A DNA stretch of 64,000 bases, taken from the NCBI GenBank assembly GCA_040357565.1, contig JBDODJ010000002.1; one strand, written 5' to 3'. Shown here in pieces: positions 37,725 through 51,013 of this stretch. The notes under the pieces are model-generated. The model did not search any database and was not told the origin of the DNA. It saw only the letters and a program-made list of their open reading frames with translations. The DNA comes from Cercozoa sp. M6MM. Its lineage: Eukaryota; Protista; Endomyxa: Ascetosporea. Position numbers and translations under genes: made by a program. Position 1 is the stretch's first letter, and each line of letters begins with the position of its first letter.

Positions 37725-38096
37725 ATGAAGTCGCGAGTTCACTTCAGTTCTGTTCATTCGGGTCATTTAATGCTTGGTTATTTAATGTATTTCCTCGGTA
37801 AATTGATCGACTTCCTGCCACCCTGCTGCCGCACGCCCCAGCAGGGTGGCCATGCCTTCGGAGTTTAACGGGGAGATAGTATTTCGGGGGGAGGACAATA
37901 TTTCTGGCGTTTTTCCCGACAGGCTACACGGGTTACTGTATCGACATGTCCAAGTGCACGGGCGCCACCTTCAACGGTCTGTGCTCGGGCAGTTCCAACA
38001 TCAAGTGCTGTGTCACTGACGTGAAACCAAGGCGACGAACCGTACTTTTCTTTCTCAGCTTGCACTGCACCTGCAATTATGTGTGTGTGTGTGTGT

Positions 38097-38148
<52 letters not shown>

Positions 38149-38158
38149 NNNNNNNNNN

Positions 38159-38207
<49 letters not shown>

Positions 38208-38221
38208 AGCCAAGCGATTAG
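37725..38221 (+). CDS. Small or truncated protein with a six-Cys defensin-like module
   Basis: (GWPCLRS)YTGYCIDMSKCTGATFNGLCSGSSNIKCCVTDVKP; 3' part interrupted by (TG)n and an N gap; 5' exon inferred. Confidence 0.5.
38080..38205. repeat. (TG)n microsatellite with N gap
   Basis: Seen directly. Confidence 0.95.
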
Positions 38222-38363
38222 ACTCCCGAGTCCGTAAACCCATTCCGCATGCAGAGCGATCACCGAGAAACATCACGTGACCACCGTGACTGGAGTGTGG
38301 ACCGATGACATTTTGAATCAAGTGACCACCGTGACTGGAGATCAATTTGTGTCAAAAACCAAA

Positions 38364-41182
38364 CTAAGCACAATCAAGTCGATTATCTTCTTGTGTCGCT
38401 GACTCGCTATCGGACATCGTCGTGTGCCAAGCACCTGTCACCTGTTCAAACGCATTGCACTCCAAGAAACACAGAACGGACGCTCTCGCTTGGCGCAAGG
38501 CCTGCCAAAAGCAATCACAACTCATCAAGCCTGTCGATCAGAGAAACGCCCGCATCGATCGAGAATACAACGGCGCCGGTACCAACAGCAGTTCCTTCGA
38601 GTCAACGCGTGCCACAAAGTGCGAGTGCGGAAACTGACGCTTCTCGAACAGCAGGTCGATCACGCGCTTTCGCACCGGCGACTGGACAACACCCACATCA
38701 CCCCCCCCCCCCCCAGCACGCAAAAAACACACCCACAGCGTGTTGCTCAATTTAGAGCTCAAAGCAATGCGACAAAAGTCAACTTAAAGCAAGCGACCCA
38801 GCCCAAAAACTAGTGCATGTAAAAGAAAGCAGTACATCAACAGAAGATAGCGGCCACACGGAGCCGTTGGCGACAAAGTCGCGATACAGCAGCTTCGCCT
38901 CGTGCAGTAGCACTTCGTCTCTTTCGCTGCTTTCGCTCTTTCTTTCGCTTTCGTCTTCACCGTTTTCGATTTGGCTTCTTTCGCTTCGGTCATATTTTGG
39001 CTTATCGTCATCGTTGCTGTCGAACCGGTCGAGCACGTCATTGACGCGGCACACGAACTCCACCGCCGGTCTGAGAAGACACGAGGGTAGGGTAGCGTGG
39101 CCGAGAATGCACATGAGGGGGAATGAGAATGCACCTCATGCTGCGACTGCAGAGTGCCTGTACTCGTTTCGGCCACTTTCGAATGCACATGCGCAGATTC
39201 GGCACGTGATCCGCTCTCTCGCGCGCACTGTTGAGAGAGTAAATGAGAAATGACTCGAGAAACAACAAGAAGAGGTACTGCGCCAAGTCGTCCACCACGT
39301 GGGCGCGCAGCTGACGCGTCTCAGGCAGCAGCGGCCGTGAATACCGCTCGAAAAGTTTCACCACGCGCAGCAGCGAATTCGCGCGCCTTGCCAGTGCCCT
39401 GAGGGAACACGACTTCACTATATGCATGTACGAGGCAACAGGTGGACTGCTTTACCGACCTGGACCGACATCTTTTGCCTTGAGTTCTCTCTACCAAAGG
39501 AACCAATTGGGTAACAACGGGGGTGGGGGGGGGGGGGTGGAAGAGTGTCGACCAGCAAATTGCTCGCCGCAGCAGCTGCGAGCGTCTCCTTAAACAGAGC
39601 ATGAAACTCCAGTGTGTCTGGCTCTGTAAAAAGCCAACATTTTAAATTAAACCGAACGTAGCCATACTATGAAATACACATGGTACCATCAGTCAGGCCT
39701 TCGTACAGAATGAACATGTGTCGGTACAACGAGTCCTGCTCGATTTCGCTATCCGCTACGGGGGTGGGGGTAAGGGGGTAAGGGGGTAAAGGGGAAAGAC
39801 CAAGGAAGGACAACGAGGCAAAGAGCAGGGAACAAACACATGCCAAAATACCGTTAAGCGCAGAAAATAAGGCGTTTTTCAGGGTCTCGCCCAGGTCAAC
39901 ATTGCGCGCCTTCCGCGCGGCTCTCGACTGTGCTGTTGTCGTAGATTTCGCTTCCGCGCGGACACGTGAGACGCGAAACGGTCGGTGCGCGCGCGCTTCA
40001 ACGCGCCACTCGTCCTGCTCGTCGTCGAACTCGCCGTAGCCACCGCGCAGGAAACTCACAGGTCTGGGCATATCCGTGTGGACATACACAGACAACAACA
40101 ACAACAAAACAACAACAAAACAACAATATAGGAAAACCATAACCGAGGCAAGAGGGAGGGAGGGGGTAAAGTACAGGCGGAAGAGCGCAAGGAAGAAGAG
40201 CACGTTCCACAGCAGCGGCGGCCGCGTGCGCAGGTCGGTCAGCACGGCGCGTTCACTGCGATTTACCGAAAGACCACCACTGCGGCACTGTGCGATGAGT
40301 GCGCGCACGCGCTGCAGCAGCACGTCCGGCGACAGGAGTGGCACCTCCGTGTCACCCCCTTCACACGCACATCGAGTAACAGGGTAACATGTGAAAGACA
40401 AAGGGTACACGCGAAAGAAACACGCAGCGAGGGTCGAATCAAGTCGCCGCAGAAAGCGCACTGCGATGTGCCCGATCTGCACGGGCGGGGGGGGGGGGGG
40501 GCCAACGCCACGGGGCCAAAAGGGGAGAACTACCCGAGTGCACGTGTCAGCGAGAAGGCTGACAAGATCTCGGCGCCACTGCTCAGTTGGTAAGGTAAAG
40601 GGGGAGGGATAAGGGGCAAATGGGTGACAAAGGTAATCGGAACCTCAGCGACACGAAGCAGCGTCGGCAGTTAGCACTGGTGGCGAGTGACACCGGCCAG
40701 CAGTCGCACCCGCCCGTGTCACGCTCGGCGTTGTCCGCGCGGACACACCGGTCACACGCCACGTCCTCGTAAGCACGCGGCGACTCGTTCCTGCCAGGGT
40801 AGAACAGTAGTAAACGGGTGCAAAGGAGGCAAAGAGAGACGAGAAACGCACCGTCGCAGCCGCTGCAGTTCGCGTCGGCAGTCGCGCTGCAGAGCGCCAT
40901 CCTGGTTCCTGTCACTGCAAAAGAAACGCCGCGTTTTCTTTCGATCCGTGAACAACGACAACAACAACAAAGCCTGTGTACCTGAGTGCAGGTGGTGCTT
41001 TCACACTGAGGTGCTCTGTTGGGAGGGGGGCGGTAACATGGGATAACATTGACTGAAGAGGGGAGGTACCAGTCTCCAAGGCGTACTCATGCGCGCACAA
41101 CGACCTGTTCACGGGGGGCACACGGTTTAAGGTAAAAGGGCGATGCTAGCAGATGCGTTTGTGTGTGTGTGTGCGTGTGCGT

Positions 41183-41253
<71 letters not shown>

Positions 41254-44200
41254 TGTGTGTGTGTGTGTGTGTGTGAGTGTGTGTGTGTGAACTTTACCTC
41301 GTGAGTGATCGTCGCAGAAAAGCGCCCAGCACGCGACTGATCGATCAGACAAACCCGCACACCGTCAGTGCAATAGATAAATACTTTTTTTGAAGCCGCG
41401 CACCTGCCTGGAGCCACGCCGAGTCGCAGACACGTGTCGTCCACCAGCGATACCAGAGCATCCAACTGATCGCACATGCGTGGCCACCCAGTCAGTCAAT
41501 AAGGCCACGAAATCACCCAGTTACTCACCCCACGCGGATATGTACCGTAAGACAGAAAGTACCTCGTCCTGCTCGGCGTCTACCACGTCCAGGTGCCTGA
41601 AAGAAAAAGGGACACAAGAAATAAATTGGGTGGGCAGAGAGGATACGGTGAGGGAGGGTAAATTGTATTAGGTGAGGGAACAGGTGAGGGAACAAATAAG
41701 GGTAAAAGCGTACAGCAGCGCCAACGAGCGCGACAGCGCACTTCGCAGACTCGGCAGCGCCATGCGCAACTGGTGCGTCTACAAAACGCACCCCACAAGG
41801 AAGGCCGTTCAACACATCGATCAGATCTTGAATCGTGGTAACTACAGAGGTATACCGAGGAAGCGGCACGCGCGACATGTGCAGTCTACCCAAGAAGGGG
41901 GGGGGGTAAGAAATACCCAAGAAAGGAGGATCAAGCATAGCTACCATCTCCAAGAGACAAGCCACGTCTAGAGCACTCTGCAGTGCCGAAGCACGTGTCC
42001 TGAGAACCAAAATGATAAGACACGATAAACAAGGTACAGGTACAACAGAGAGAGGCGAAACTACCGTCGCTGACGCGCACTCACTGAATACAACTCGAAA
42101 CACAAGGTGCACACGCGCAGCGCCGTTCGCCACCCGTCGCCTGACGCGCCCTGTCGCACGCCTGTCCAAGAGGGGTGGTAGGGGGCAAGAGGGTAAAGAA
42201 GAAAGGATAGAGAAACGCACCCGAAGCGAGTGCAGCCGCAATTTTGACGAAACGCGCGCGATTTTGGCCGAACTGAGTGTACACATGCTCGGCACTGCCG
42301 TCGTACTCTGCGGAGTGATACTCAATCGTGATCGATCAAGGACCGATCAAGGACCACCCACTGTCGATCAGTGTGAGATCATCATCATTTGGTACCGACA
42401 GGCAGTGCCGTAGCCAAAGCCGGTCGCGTGGTCGGAATCGCTTCGCGCAGACGGCGCGCAAGAGCGTCGGCCACGTCGGCCACGTACTGCGCGCGTCCAC
42501 GCGGACACACCGACGGCGCCATCCCCCTCTGTGCAGGTCACATCGTCCCTGTTACCCCAGTCCTCTACCTTACCCCCCCCCAGAGAAAGAGCGGCACCAC
42601 TTCGCGCAGGAAGCGATCGGCACTGAGCAGCGGAAACGAGTCGGCACTCGTGCCACGTGGGTCAGTGCGCTTGCGAGCAGAATGGTCACCCACGTGGTCA
42701 CTTGTCGAGTGACCAGTGAAGGCGACGGTGGCGCGATTAATGTGAAAGTGCGCCGTCAATGAGGCAGCGCGCGACACGAGCGACTCGAGCGGCGACGTCC
42801 ACGACAGCGACGCCTGTCACACAAGCACTCTTACTCCCTTTACCCTCATGTCGTGGCAATACCGAATGCAGCGGCGCCAGCAGTTCACCCAACGCATCGC
42901 GATCCAGCGCCTGCACGAAGCGCCACAACGCGAATTCGCGGACTGCTCAATCACACACGCGCACGCGCGCACATGCACAGTAAGGATAATAAGGAGAGGG
43001 TTTCGGTAACAGAAATACCGAAGCGTGGATCAGTGCGTCGCGAGGCAAAGTGCGAGAAGGCTTGCGAGTGCATGACGGTGCGTCGCCAGGCAAGCCACGT
43101 GCAGCACGGTTCCGTTGCACCACTGGCGGCGGTTGATCCCGATCGTTCACTGTGACCACTGTAACTGTGACTCTGACTACGACGGTCCGAGAAACCATCC
43201 GTGCTGTGAGCGTTGGTGCCGTCGGTACAGGAACCGTCAGTGCCGTCGGCACGGCCAATGGCACCGTCAGTGCCCTCTGAATCCACACCGCCCTCGCTCG
43301 CGTATAATCGCAGCAGCAGCTCTCGGTCCAGACCCGTCGCCGGGTGCAGTGCCAAGTCAGCGTGCCGTAGCAACTCCAGCAACACCTGCTCAAGGAAAGC
43401 GACAAAGCTAACGGGTGAAGAGAAACATGCTGGTAAGCACGCACCTGCAGGAATACGGTGCGCCGCCGACTGCCCAGTGCCGCCGTGCTGCCTGCGCATA
43501 ACAAGTGTCGCTCCAGTTTCACATCAGTCAGTCACATTCCAGACAGTGACAGACAGTCACGGCGGACAACAACAGCACACCATCAGTCAGACCCAGGCCC
43601 GGAGTCGGACCCGAACCCAGTGGACACGTGCGTGTGGTACCGACACTGGGCGCGCACAGCTCCTCGTCCATCCAGTGCACCAGGTCGGGTGGTACGTGTC
43701 TGCTCATTCAGTCAACCGTGCAATGGGTCAACGCATCCCACCCGCAGTCAGTCTACGACAGTACCGAAATAGCCATTCGTCGAACTCGGTGTTGCAGATC
43801 AGACCACTGCGCACCGTCGTCTGGTCTGCACCGGGGGGGGGGGTAACAAAGGAGGGAATGGGAAAACAAAAAATGACACCAGACGCAGCCGACTCCCAAA
43901 CGCGCAGCACGAAAACTTCGTCGCTCAGCTGAATCTCGTCAGCCAGCGTCGCATGTGCGCCCACCTGTCAACACACACAAAAATACAAAAAGACAAGAGG
44001 TAATGGAGGAGGGGGTAAACTACCAAGAACGGCACAGGCGATTGTGTGACACAGTGGGCAAATTCGGGCAGCAGCGGAATGAAAGTGTGCGCCCAACGCA
44101 GCGGCCACAACAAGCCCGCCAAACCTGTCAGCAGCGGCGTCAGTCGACGTACGTCCTGAATAAATGGGTGATAGAGGAAGGTGGGGTAAGGAAAACATGG

Positions 44201-46232
44201 CTACCTGCGCTAACACGAGCACACGCTGCTCCAGCAGCAGCAACAAAAACATGCGACACAAGTCCGCCTACAGAGGCACAGTAAACAAATAAGCGGGCAG
44301 CAGGGGAATGACAGAGGTAACCCAATGTACCGTAGACAGAACGGCTAACACGTCTTCGTATTCCTGTGCGTCGTCGTCCACTAAACCCACACGTAATACC
44401 AAATGGCAAGAAGTAAAGACACAAGTCAAAGAGCCCCGGTACCGCAGTCGACGTCGCAGTGGCGGCGTAGCAGCGGTGGCAGCAGCAGTCCGAAACTGGC
44501 TCCAACATCCGCCGGGATGTCGAATCGCTATAAGTGGGTGGTCACCCAGATGATCAATCAGTCAGTTAGAAAACCCCTGGTCAGTGATAACAGCAAGAGG
44601 TACCTCGGACAGCGACACGGAAGCGAAGGTGAGTGGTAAATTGCGCGAGCGACGCGAGGCTACCGCCGCCGCCTGTCGACGGGGGGGGGGGGGTGGTGGA
44701 GTGAACAGGAAAGAGGCGGGACAGTCAGGTACCGCAAAGAGACGTTCAAGCGGAAAGAGTCGATTTGGCGACAACTGTAGATGCAAGGTAGCAGCGATAA
44801 GATAAGGCAATCGTGGTAGCACGAAGGTAAAAACCAGGTAGGGTTGTAGGTAAGAGGTACCACCAGCCGGTATGCGTGGCACAACAGTGCCTCATAGTCC
44901 ACGCGAAGCGGGTGGTCCCACCGCAGTAAACACACGGCCTGCGGCACAAACTGTACCCGGTCGCCATGCATTCGCCAGATCTGAAGGCCACATGTAGGGC
45001 AGTAGCAGGGTAACAAGAGGCACAGGTAAGTACCACAAAGGCGTGTCCGAACAGGTGCCGGCCACTTTCACTCGTGAGGGTGAACGTCACATACTCGGGC
45101 AGTCGCATCTGCGTCGACGACTGCGCGCCGCTCGGAAAGCAAAACAACGGCACCTGTCGCACGAATTCCGGCACTGCTCTTAGACCGTTTCTGGTTGATG
45201 CACTCGTCATTGTTTTCGCCTTGGTCGTCTCTCTCTTGTTTTCGTTGGCATTGTCACTCGAGGAAGCTTCTTTCGCCGCGCACTCCAACAGCGCCGAGGC
45301 GTCCAAGAACGACAGTAGCGACGGCGTGAAGCTGCGCTGCTGCGTCAGAGGCGTCTGCGCCGCGCGGCGAAAGCTTACTGACACAGAAACACAGAACTTG
45401 CAACAACCACAAAGCTACTTCGCTCGAGCATTGTTTGCGAAAGCTACGAAACACAGGTCGACCACCCGGCGAACCCGCCGTAAGTGATTTCTTCACCGTG
45501 ACAAAGTCGAAGGCACTGTCATCATCGGTGCTGGAATTCACGATCGCCACGTCGACCTGTTAGAGCAAAAGAAATGCGAAAAGATACAAACACACCGCAT
45601 AGGAACTGAACTACGACGGGCGAAACTGCGTGCGACGCAGCCTGACGCGCTAAACAAATACGAATGGTGCGACCGATTGTGCCTTTGTTGCAGTTGCCAT
45701 CTGCTAACTCGTATCCGCGCGGACACGTTTCTCCACGGTCAGTGTAGATGATTTTTATGTCAGTGACAGCGCGAGCTGGCAGAGGACTGCGCTGCACGCC
45801 GAGGAACAAGTCACCGCCGGTCCAACAGCCCAAGTTCAGTGACGCACTATGCGCAAGGGAGCATTGACTGGATTTGGAACGGAATGGATTTGCATCCTTG
45901 CTGAAGTAACTGTACCTCGTTCCCAGAGGAGTGCGGGTGATCGGTTCAAAGCCATGGGAGAATGCGTCTTCAGCGCTTTCAAAAACGGCCTGTTTTGCGT
46001 CCAGCACGTACAGAATCAAGGGGAAGGGTGATGTGGTGTGTGCTGTACCAGGTTGCACACGGCGCCGAGAATCAGAGAGGAGTCGCGTCGGGGTCGCTGC
46101 CAGCGCACAGGCTGCGTATCAGGACTCACGCCGCATTGCACGATCTGCGAAGAAACACAGTCTCGGTGAGGAGGTCACGAGAAACGAATCCCAGCGATGA
46201 GGGCGACTCACATAGTCGAAGAGTTGCGGCAT
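38364..46232 (-). CDS. DENND4-like Rab GEF (MABP-uDENN-cDENN-dDENN, DENND4-type C-terminal region) with RGS-like C-terminal domain
   Basis: MPQLFDY|IVQCG. MABP (GFEPITRTPLG..ASLNLG..AVTDIKIIY..GETCPRGY..GNCNKG). uDENN (VPLFCFPSG..VTFTLTSESGRHLFG). cDENN (LLEQRVLV..LLWPLRWAHTFIPLLP..SPVPFLV). DENND4-type EVPLLSPDVLLQRVRALI..PPLLWN. Confidence 0.85.
41159..41289. repeat. (TG)n microsatellite, intronic
   Basis: Seen directly. Confidence 0.95.
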
Positions 46233-46527
46233 CAAGCAACAGCGAGATGAAGATCGGCAATTGTTGGTTACGCTCTCTGGAACATGTCAATGGTGCCCAA
46301 TCACAAGACTGCAACACGTACGGTCAGCAAGCACACCAAGGTCCTCTACTGTACTGTGAAATGATGATCTTGGTGTCCTTTTAAGGGGGGTGAGTGTTGA
46401 GCGAAAAAGATTACTGTTTTTCGTATCGATAGAGGGTGTGTTCAGAGAGATACTGTAGTATTGAGAACCGGGAACGCGGAGGCGAACTGGCGCCAGCGGT
46501 TGGGTGACCTGTTTGCCGTTTTACATC

Positions 46528-48663
46528 ATGCGATCACGGAGAAGATGTGAAATGAAAGCGTTGCTGCGATCTGTGCTGTTATTGTCGCTTCTCGTGGTTG
46601 GTACTACTTCGCTTGATTTCTGATCCTCATCCTGTATGTGCTTGAAACAAGCACTGTTTGCGGTACAGCTCTGCGGCTTGTGTACCCTCGCGCGAAGACC
46701 GAAAATCCACAAACGGGTGAGTCACATCACACTCCCCCTGTTACCATTTCTCATGTTGTGGCATGTCTTCGCCATTGACTTGCCGTCTTTGTTGCTATAG
46801 CGGGTGGCGAAACGTTGCAGCAGCTACCGTTCGTGGATTTCGACGAGACAAAGTTGTCGGAGCAGATGCCGCGCGACGAGTCCTTGTCGCTCTATGCGAG
46901 TATCGACAGTTCAGACATGTAAAAAACGCTTTGGTAGTAGCTTGCAATTTTCGTATGCATCCGTGTGACAATGGCCGTGCAGTTCTTGGGATGGTATTAT
47001 GCCGCTCGTATCATACGTTGACCGGTACGTCGTCCGATCGGTGCTCAAGTCGACACGTACCACGCCTTGGGCTCTGCCTCAGCTCGGTCTTCTGGTACAG
47101 TACAATACAAGTGTTTCGGCACCATAAACCACTCAATAGCGACAAATTGTTCGTGTAGCCACCGGACAGGATACACGACATGCCATCAACATGGCAGATT
47201 GGCAGTCGTCTACCCCTTGCGACCATCCAGGGTATTGGTGATTCAAAAGGTGTATGGGTGCCGGGTTCGTTGTAAATCGTGAGGTGGTACAGAAGGGACA
47301 GGTCCCTTGGACCGACGGCTACTGCGTGCATTTCTGACACATGCACTGGTGATCCGTACCTTTGTGCAACTGACGACACCTAAACTGCGCGCGCTGTTTA
47401 AAGGAGAGTTCTTGCACGCCGAAACACCGTGTGTTATCCGATCGGGTGGTCAGACTGGTAGCGTGGCGCATGCCATGCACTGGGCCGCCTTCACGCCGCG
47501 TGCCAGTGATTACCGACTGAGTCGTGGTGCGCACTGGCACGACGCGCAGATCGTGTGCGTCTTTCAGCGCGATGAGTCACTCCGACGCGCTCTCACGGAT
47601 AGTCGTCCCAGTACCCGATCCTATCTAATCTACACCTACTTACCTTATTCTGTCCTATTCTATCGATACCTGGCCATGTCTGTCTTGTGCTCAACTAACT
47701 CCACCCGATCCTATACTAGCGACACCGCCCCCGACACTGCAGCTGCGTACCAGCGAAGACGGTGTGGCTAGTGTGCCACTGCAGCACGTGCACTTTCTTT
47801 TCGACTCATCGCCGCTCGTCACGCTGCCTTTTCCTCGTGGTAGACACTCCGTGCTGAGCACAAGTTGGATCCTTGTCCTTTCACTGTCTGACCAGACCCG
47901 GTCCGTCCCACGGTGGCTTCAGTGGTCGGCAAAATCTACGCCATGCCCTCCAACTTAGCCTACTGGGTGCGACATCAGGTAACCACTCATACTACTCGTG
48001 TCCGTTACACGAAATGCGCACACACAAACAGTTCGACGTGCTTGCTGTCGACTACATTGTGTTCTATGTCGTCACCACGCGTCTCTCGTTGGACAGCTTT
48101 GAGCGACTGATGCGCGAACAACTCGTTCAACTGACCTCTAGTCCGGTACAGTCTAGACGCTTGCTACACCGACACGTTTATATTTTTGTTGGGGGTGACA
48201 GGAAGTGGTGGACAAGTGGCTCAAACGCATTTTCCTCATGAGTTGGCACGTCAACTCGAACAAAAACACGCACTACACTTTGTGCTTTATCTCTATTGTA
48301 CTTGTAGTGCAGACAACTTTCTTTTGTCAGCATATTTTGATCTTTTGCCCAGTGGCGACGAGACTTCCGTTTGGGACATGATCCATCGATTCCGGGGTGT
48401 GTTCGACGTGGTAAATTTCTTCTTTCTAAATTTTACCGGCGGTGACCTTTTAAGGGGTGTGGCTCAGGTGCAGTGCATTGACCCGGATGAGTTCGTGTGG
48501 GCGCCGGGATCGTTTGACGCACATAGCGTGGCCACAGTGCATCAGGCGTTGCAAGGTTTGCTGCCACGAAAGCAGCACGCTGTCCAAATTGCGCGTTTTG
48601 CCGTTGTTTGTGTATTTTTATTTCATATATTTCATGTTGTTGCACTCCTAAAACACTCATGCT

Positions 48664-48702
<39 letters not shown>

Positions 48703-49230
48703 GTGTGTAGGACGACGCTTCTTACGCAGATTGCACACGGTTCTTTTCGCAAGAGCGGAATGTGAAACCGCTATTTCGACCAGAAAACAGGGAGCGCGTG
48801 CTGCGTGAATTTACGCGGTGTCGCCACGCGTTCGGCAAGTCATACTTCCGACCGACGTTAGAAATGCACCCATATGTGCACTTCTCGATGCAAGACCTCA
48901 ACATGCACAAGTTGCAGTTGCATTACTCCAAGGATGGCGCGGTATTACCCCCCCCCCCCCCCTGATTCGTATGATTGTATTAACTTATGTGCGAGCAGGA
49001 GTCGCACAGAAGGGCCTTTCAAGGTAGACCTGACTCGTCCTCGCCGTCGGATGCGGCTGTCATTCTGCACGTTCGCCAGAGCGTCCCGGTGTGCATTTCT
49101 ACGATAACGGACTTTATTATCCGCAGTGATTGGATTTGACCTGATCATTTCTTTTCGCTTGCGCGCAGGACAAAAGTGACCTCGACTTTGATCCCAGTTG
49201 CACGTCTACGCGCTGGAGAACCGTCATAAA
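46528..49230 (+). CDS. Type II membrane glycosyltransferase, GT92/DUF23-like
   Basis: Basic N-terminus then TM segment (LLRSVLLLSLLVV). LAYWVRHQ|FDVLAVDYIVFY, DxDE motif (CIDPDEF), FGKSYFRP..YVH, LQLHY. Confidence 0.65.
48665..48708. repeat. (TG)n microsatellite, intronic
   Basis: Seen directly. Confidence 0.9.
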
Positions 49231-49493
49231 GCAACTAAAACAAACGAAACATGCACTGGCGCCCGAGCGCAAGCAGCGAAGCAACTGAAGTAAAAAATTG
49301 AATGATGGAACTACCGGGGAGGGATTCTCCGCTACTGACTTGACGTACGGTAGTCGAGTAAGCTGAAGTGACGCCTCGCCTAGCCAGGGAAATTACGTTA
49401 GGATTCGCTTGGTACCCGGTTACTGCGCTGCTGAGAGCAGTCGAGTCAAGGTTGAACGGAATCGCAACGAAGAAACAGAACCCGAACGGAACA

Positions 49494-50835
49494 TCAGAAG
49501 TGCCGGTGGTGCTGTCGTCTCCGTAGCAGCGTGATCGGGAAGTTCTCCGTGATGACGTAGTCGTCGGCGAGCATGACGACAAGGTTCACCTCGAACTGCA
49601 CCGAGAAACGCTTGCCGGCCAGCGAGCGGCACGTAAAATCACGCGGGAATACCCTAAAGGTAAGGGATAAAAGATGCGAGGCGGATACACAGGCTAAGAA
49701 AGAGTATACATGTGAATCGGCACCCGCAGGCCAAGCGGAACGTTGCCATCCACGATTTGGAGGTTCTGCACTTCGGTAGCCTCCTTGAACTGCCGACCAG
49801 AGGCGACGCGAACCGTCTCAACGCGCACGAGCTGAAGTTCCACGGCGCGAATTTCGCGATCAACGTCGACGACAGTGACGTGTCCGGCGAAGGGTGCTCC
49901 CACGTCGCACAAACTGTCCTCACCGTCTTCCGAAGAAAGACACTTGAAAGCACCCGTAACGCGGAAACGCGGCACTTGACGCACGCCGCGCGTGTTCTTC
50001 ACCGTTTCAGGCGTCAGTTCAAACGGCACCTCGTGCCTGCGAGCCAAATTCTTATCCACAGCATTTCTGTGCACCCTCCTTTATCCCAAGAATCCCGAGG
50101 GAAGGACAGAACCGACCAAGTGTCTTCAGCGTCGGGCTGAGGCACTGCAATGAAGACCTTGCAGCGTGTGCCACAAGCGTTGCCGCCAAAGATACCACCG
50201 CTCTTGACGTCGACTTCGATGCAGTAGTCCACAAGCACGCACACACCTAGACACACAGACAAAGGAATTCATAGGAGCGGGACCTTACTCCGCGAGAAAG
50301 TTGGTACCCCGGTAGGACTCGACCAGCACGGCATCGCCATCAGCCGCAACGTCAAATGTGAACGGAAAACGCGCCTCTTTGGCCATCTTGGCGCCTTTGC
50401 TTGCCTCGCACACGCGATTCACTATCGTACTATGCACCCGCATACAGCACCCTTTGAATGCCCTACATCCGCGAAAGGAAACGTCCGGGCTACCTCACAT
50501 CAGCAGACGCGTGCGGCGAGTCGAACAAGCCGCTGCCGCCACCGCGCGTTCGAGGTGGCGCCTGCAGTGCCACCTGGCCGACAAATCGCACCGTCACGGC
50601 TTTGTGCGAACACACAGACACAGTACACCATACAAAGATAGGCCGTCTCTGCATACCTCCGTGCGTCTCACTTTTCGACTGGCAACGAAGAACAACGTGG
50701 CCGCTGATTTTCTCCTGCGCAGGCCCGAAAGATTTGTTTGCTTGCATTCCCGAGCCACCAACAAAAAAAAACAACTACGCCTGGCGAGAATCGTTTCGAT
50801 GGCCGGTCGAGCTCCACGTGCACTGAAAGAGACAT
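49494..50835 (-). CDS. VPS26C: Retriever subunit VPS26C (DSCR3)
   Basis: VELDRPSKRFSPG|EKISGHVV, LVESYRG, IRAVELQLVRVET, EATEVQNLQIVDG, VFPRDFTC, VQFEVNLVVML.DDYVITENFPITL. Confidence 0.92.
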
Positions 50836-51013
50836 TGTGCACTGAACACACGCGTGCACACCACCGTAAGTCTAGTACTGTACTGTACAATATTATTTTT
50901 GCCTGTATCGACTTTCAAACCTGCGAACTTACTGTAGAGTTAACAACGAGCCGAATGGTGGACGTTAAGCTAAAAAAGCTAAAACGGCGAGTTTTTCTTG
51001 CAAAAAGCCTCAG

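Noticed and set aside
38277-38340. 19-bp direct repeat gtgaccaccgtgactggag with 26-nt spacer (CRISPR-like)
   Set aside because: Only two copies, no cas genes, eukaryotic 3'-UTR context; a simple local duplication.
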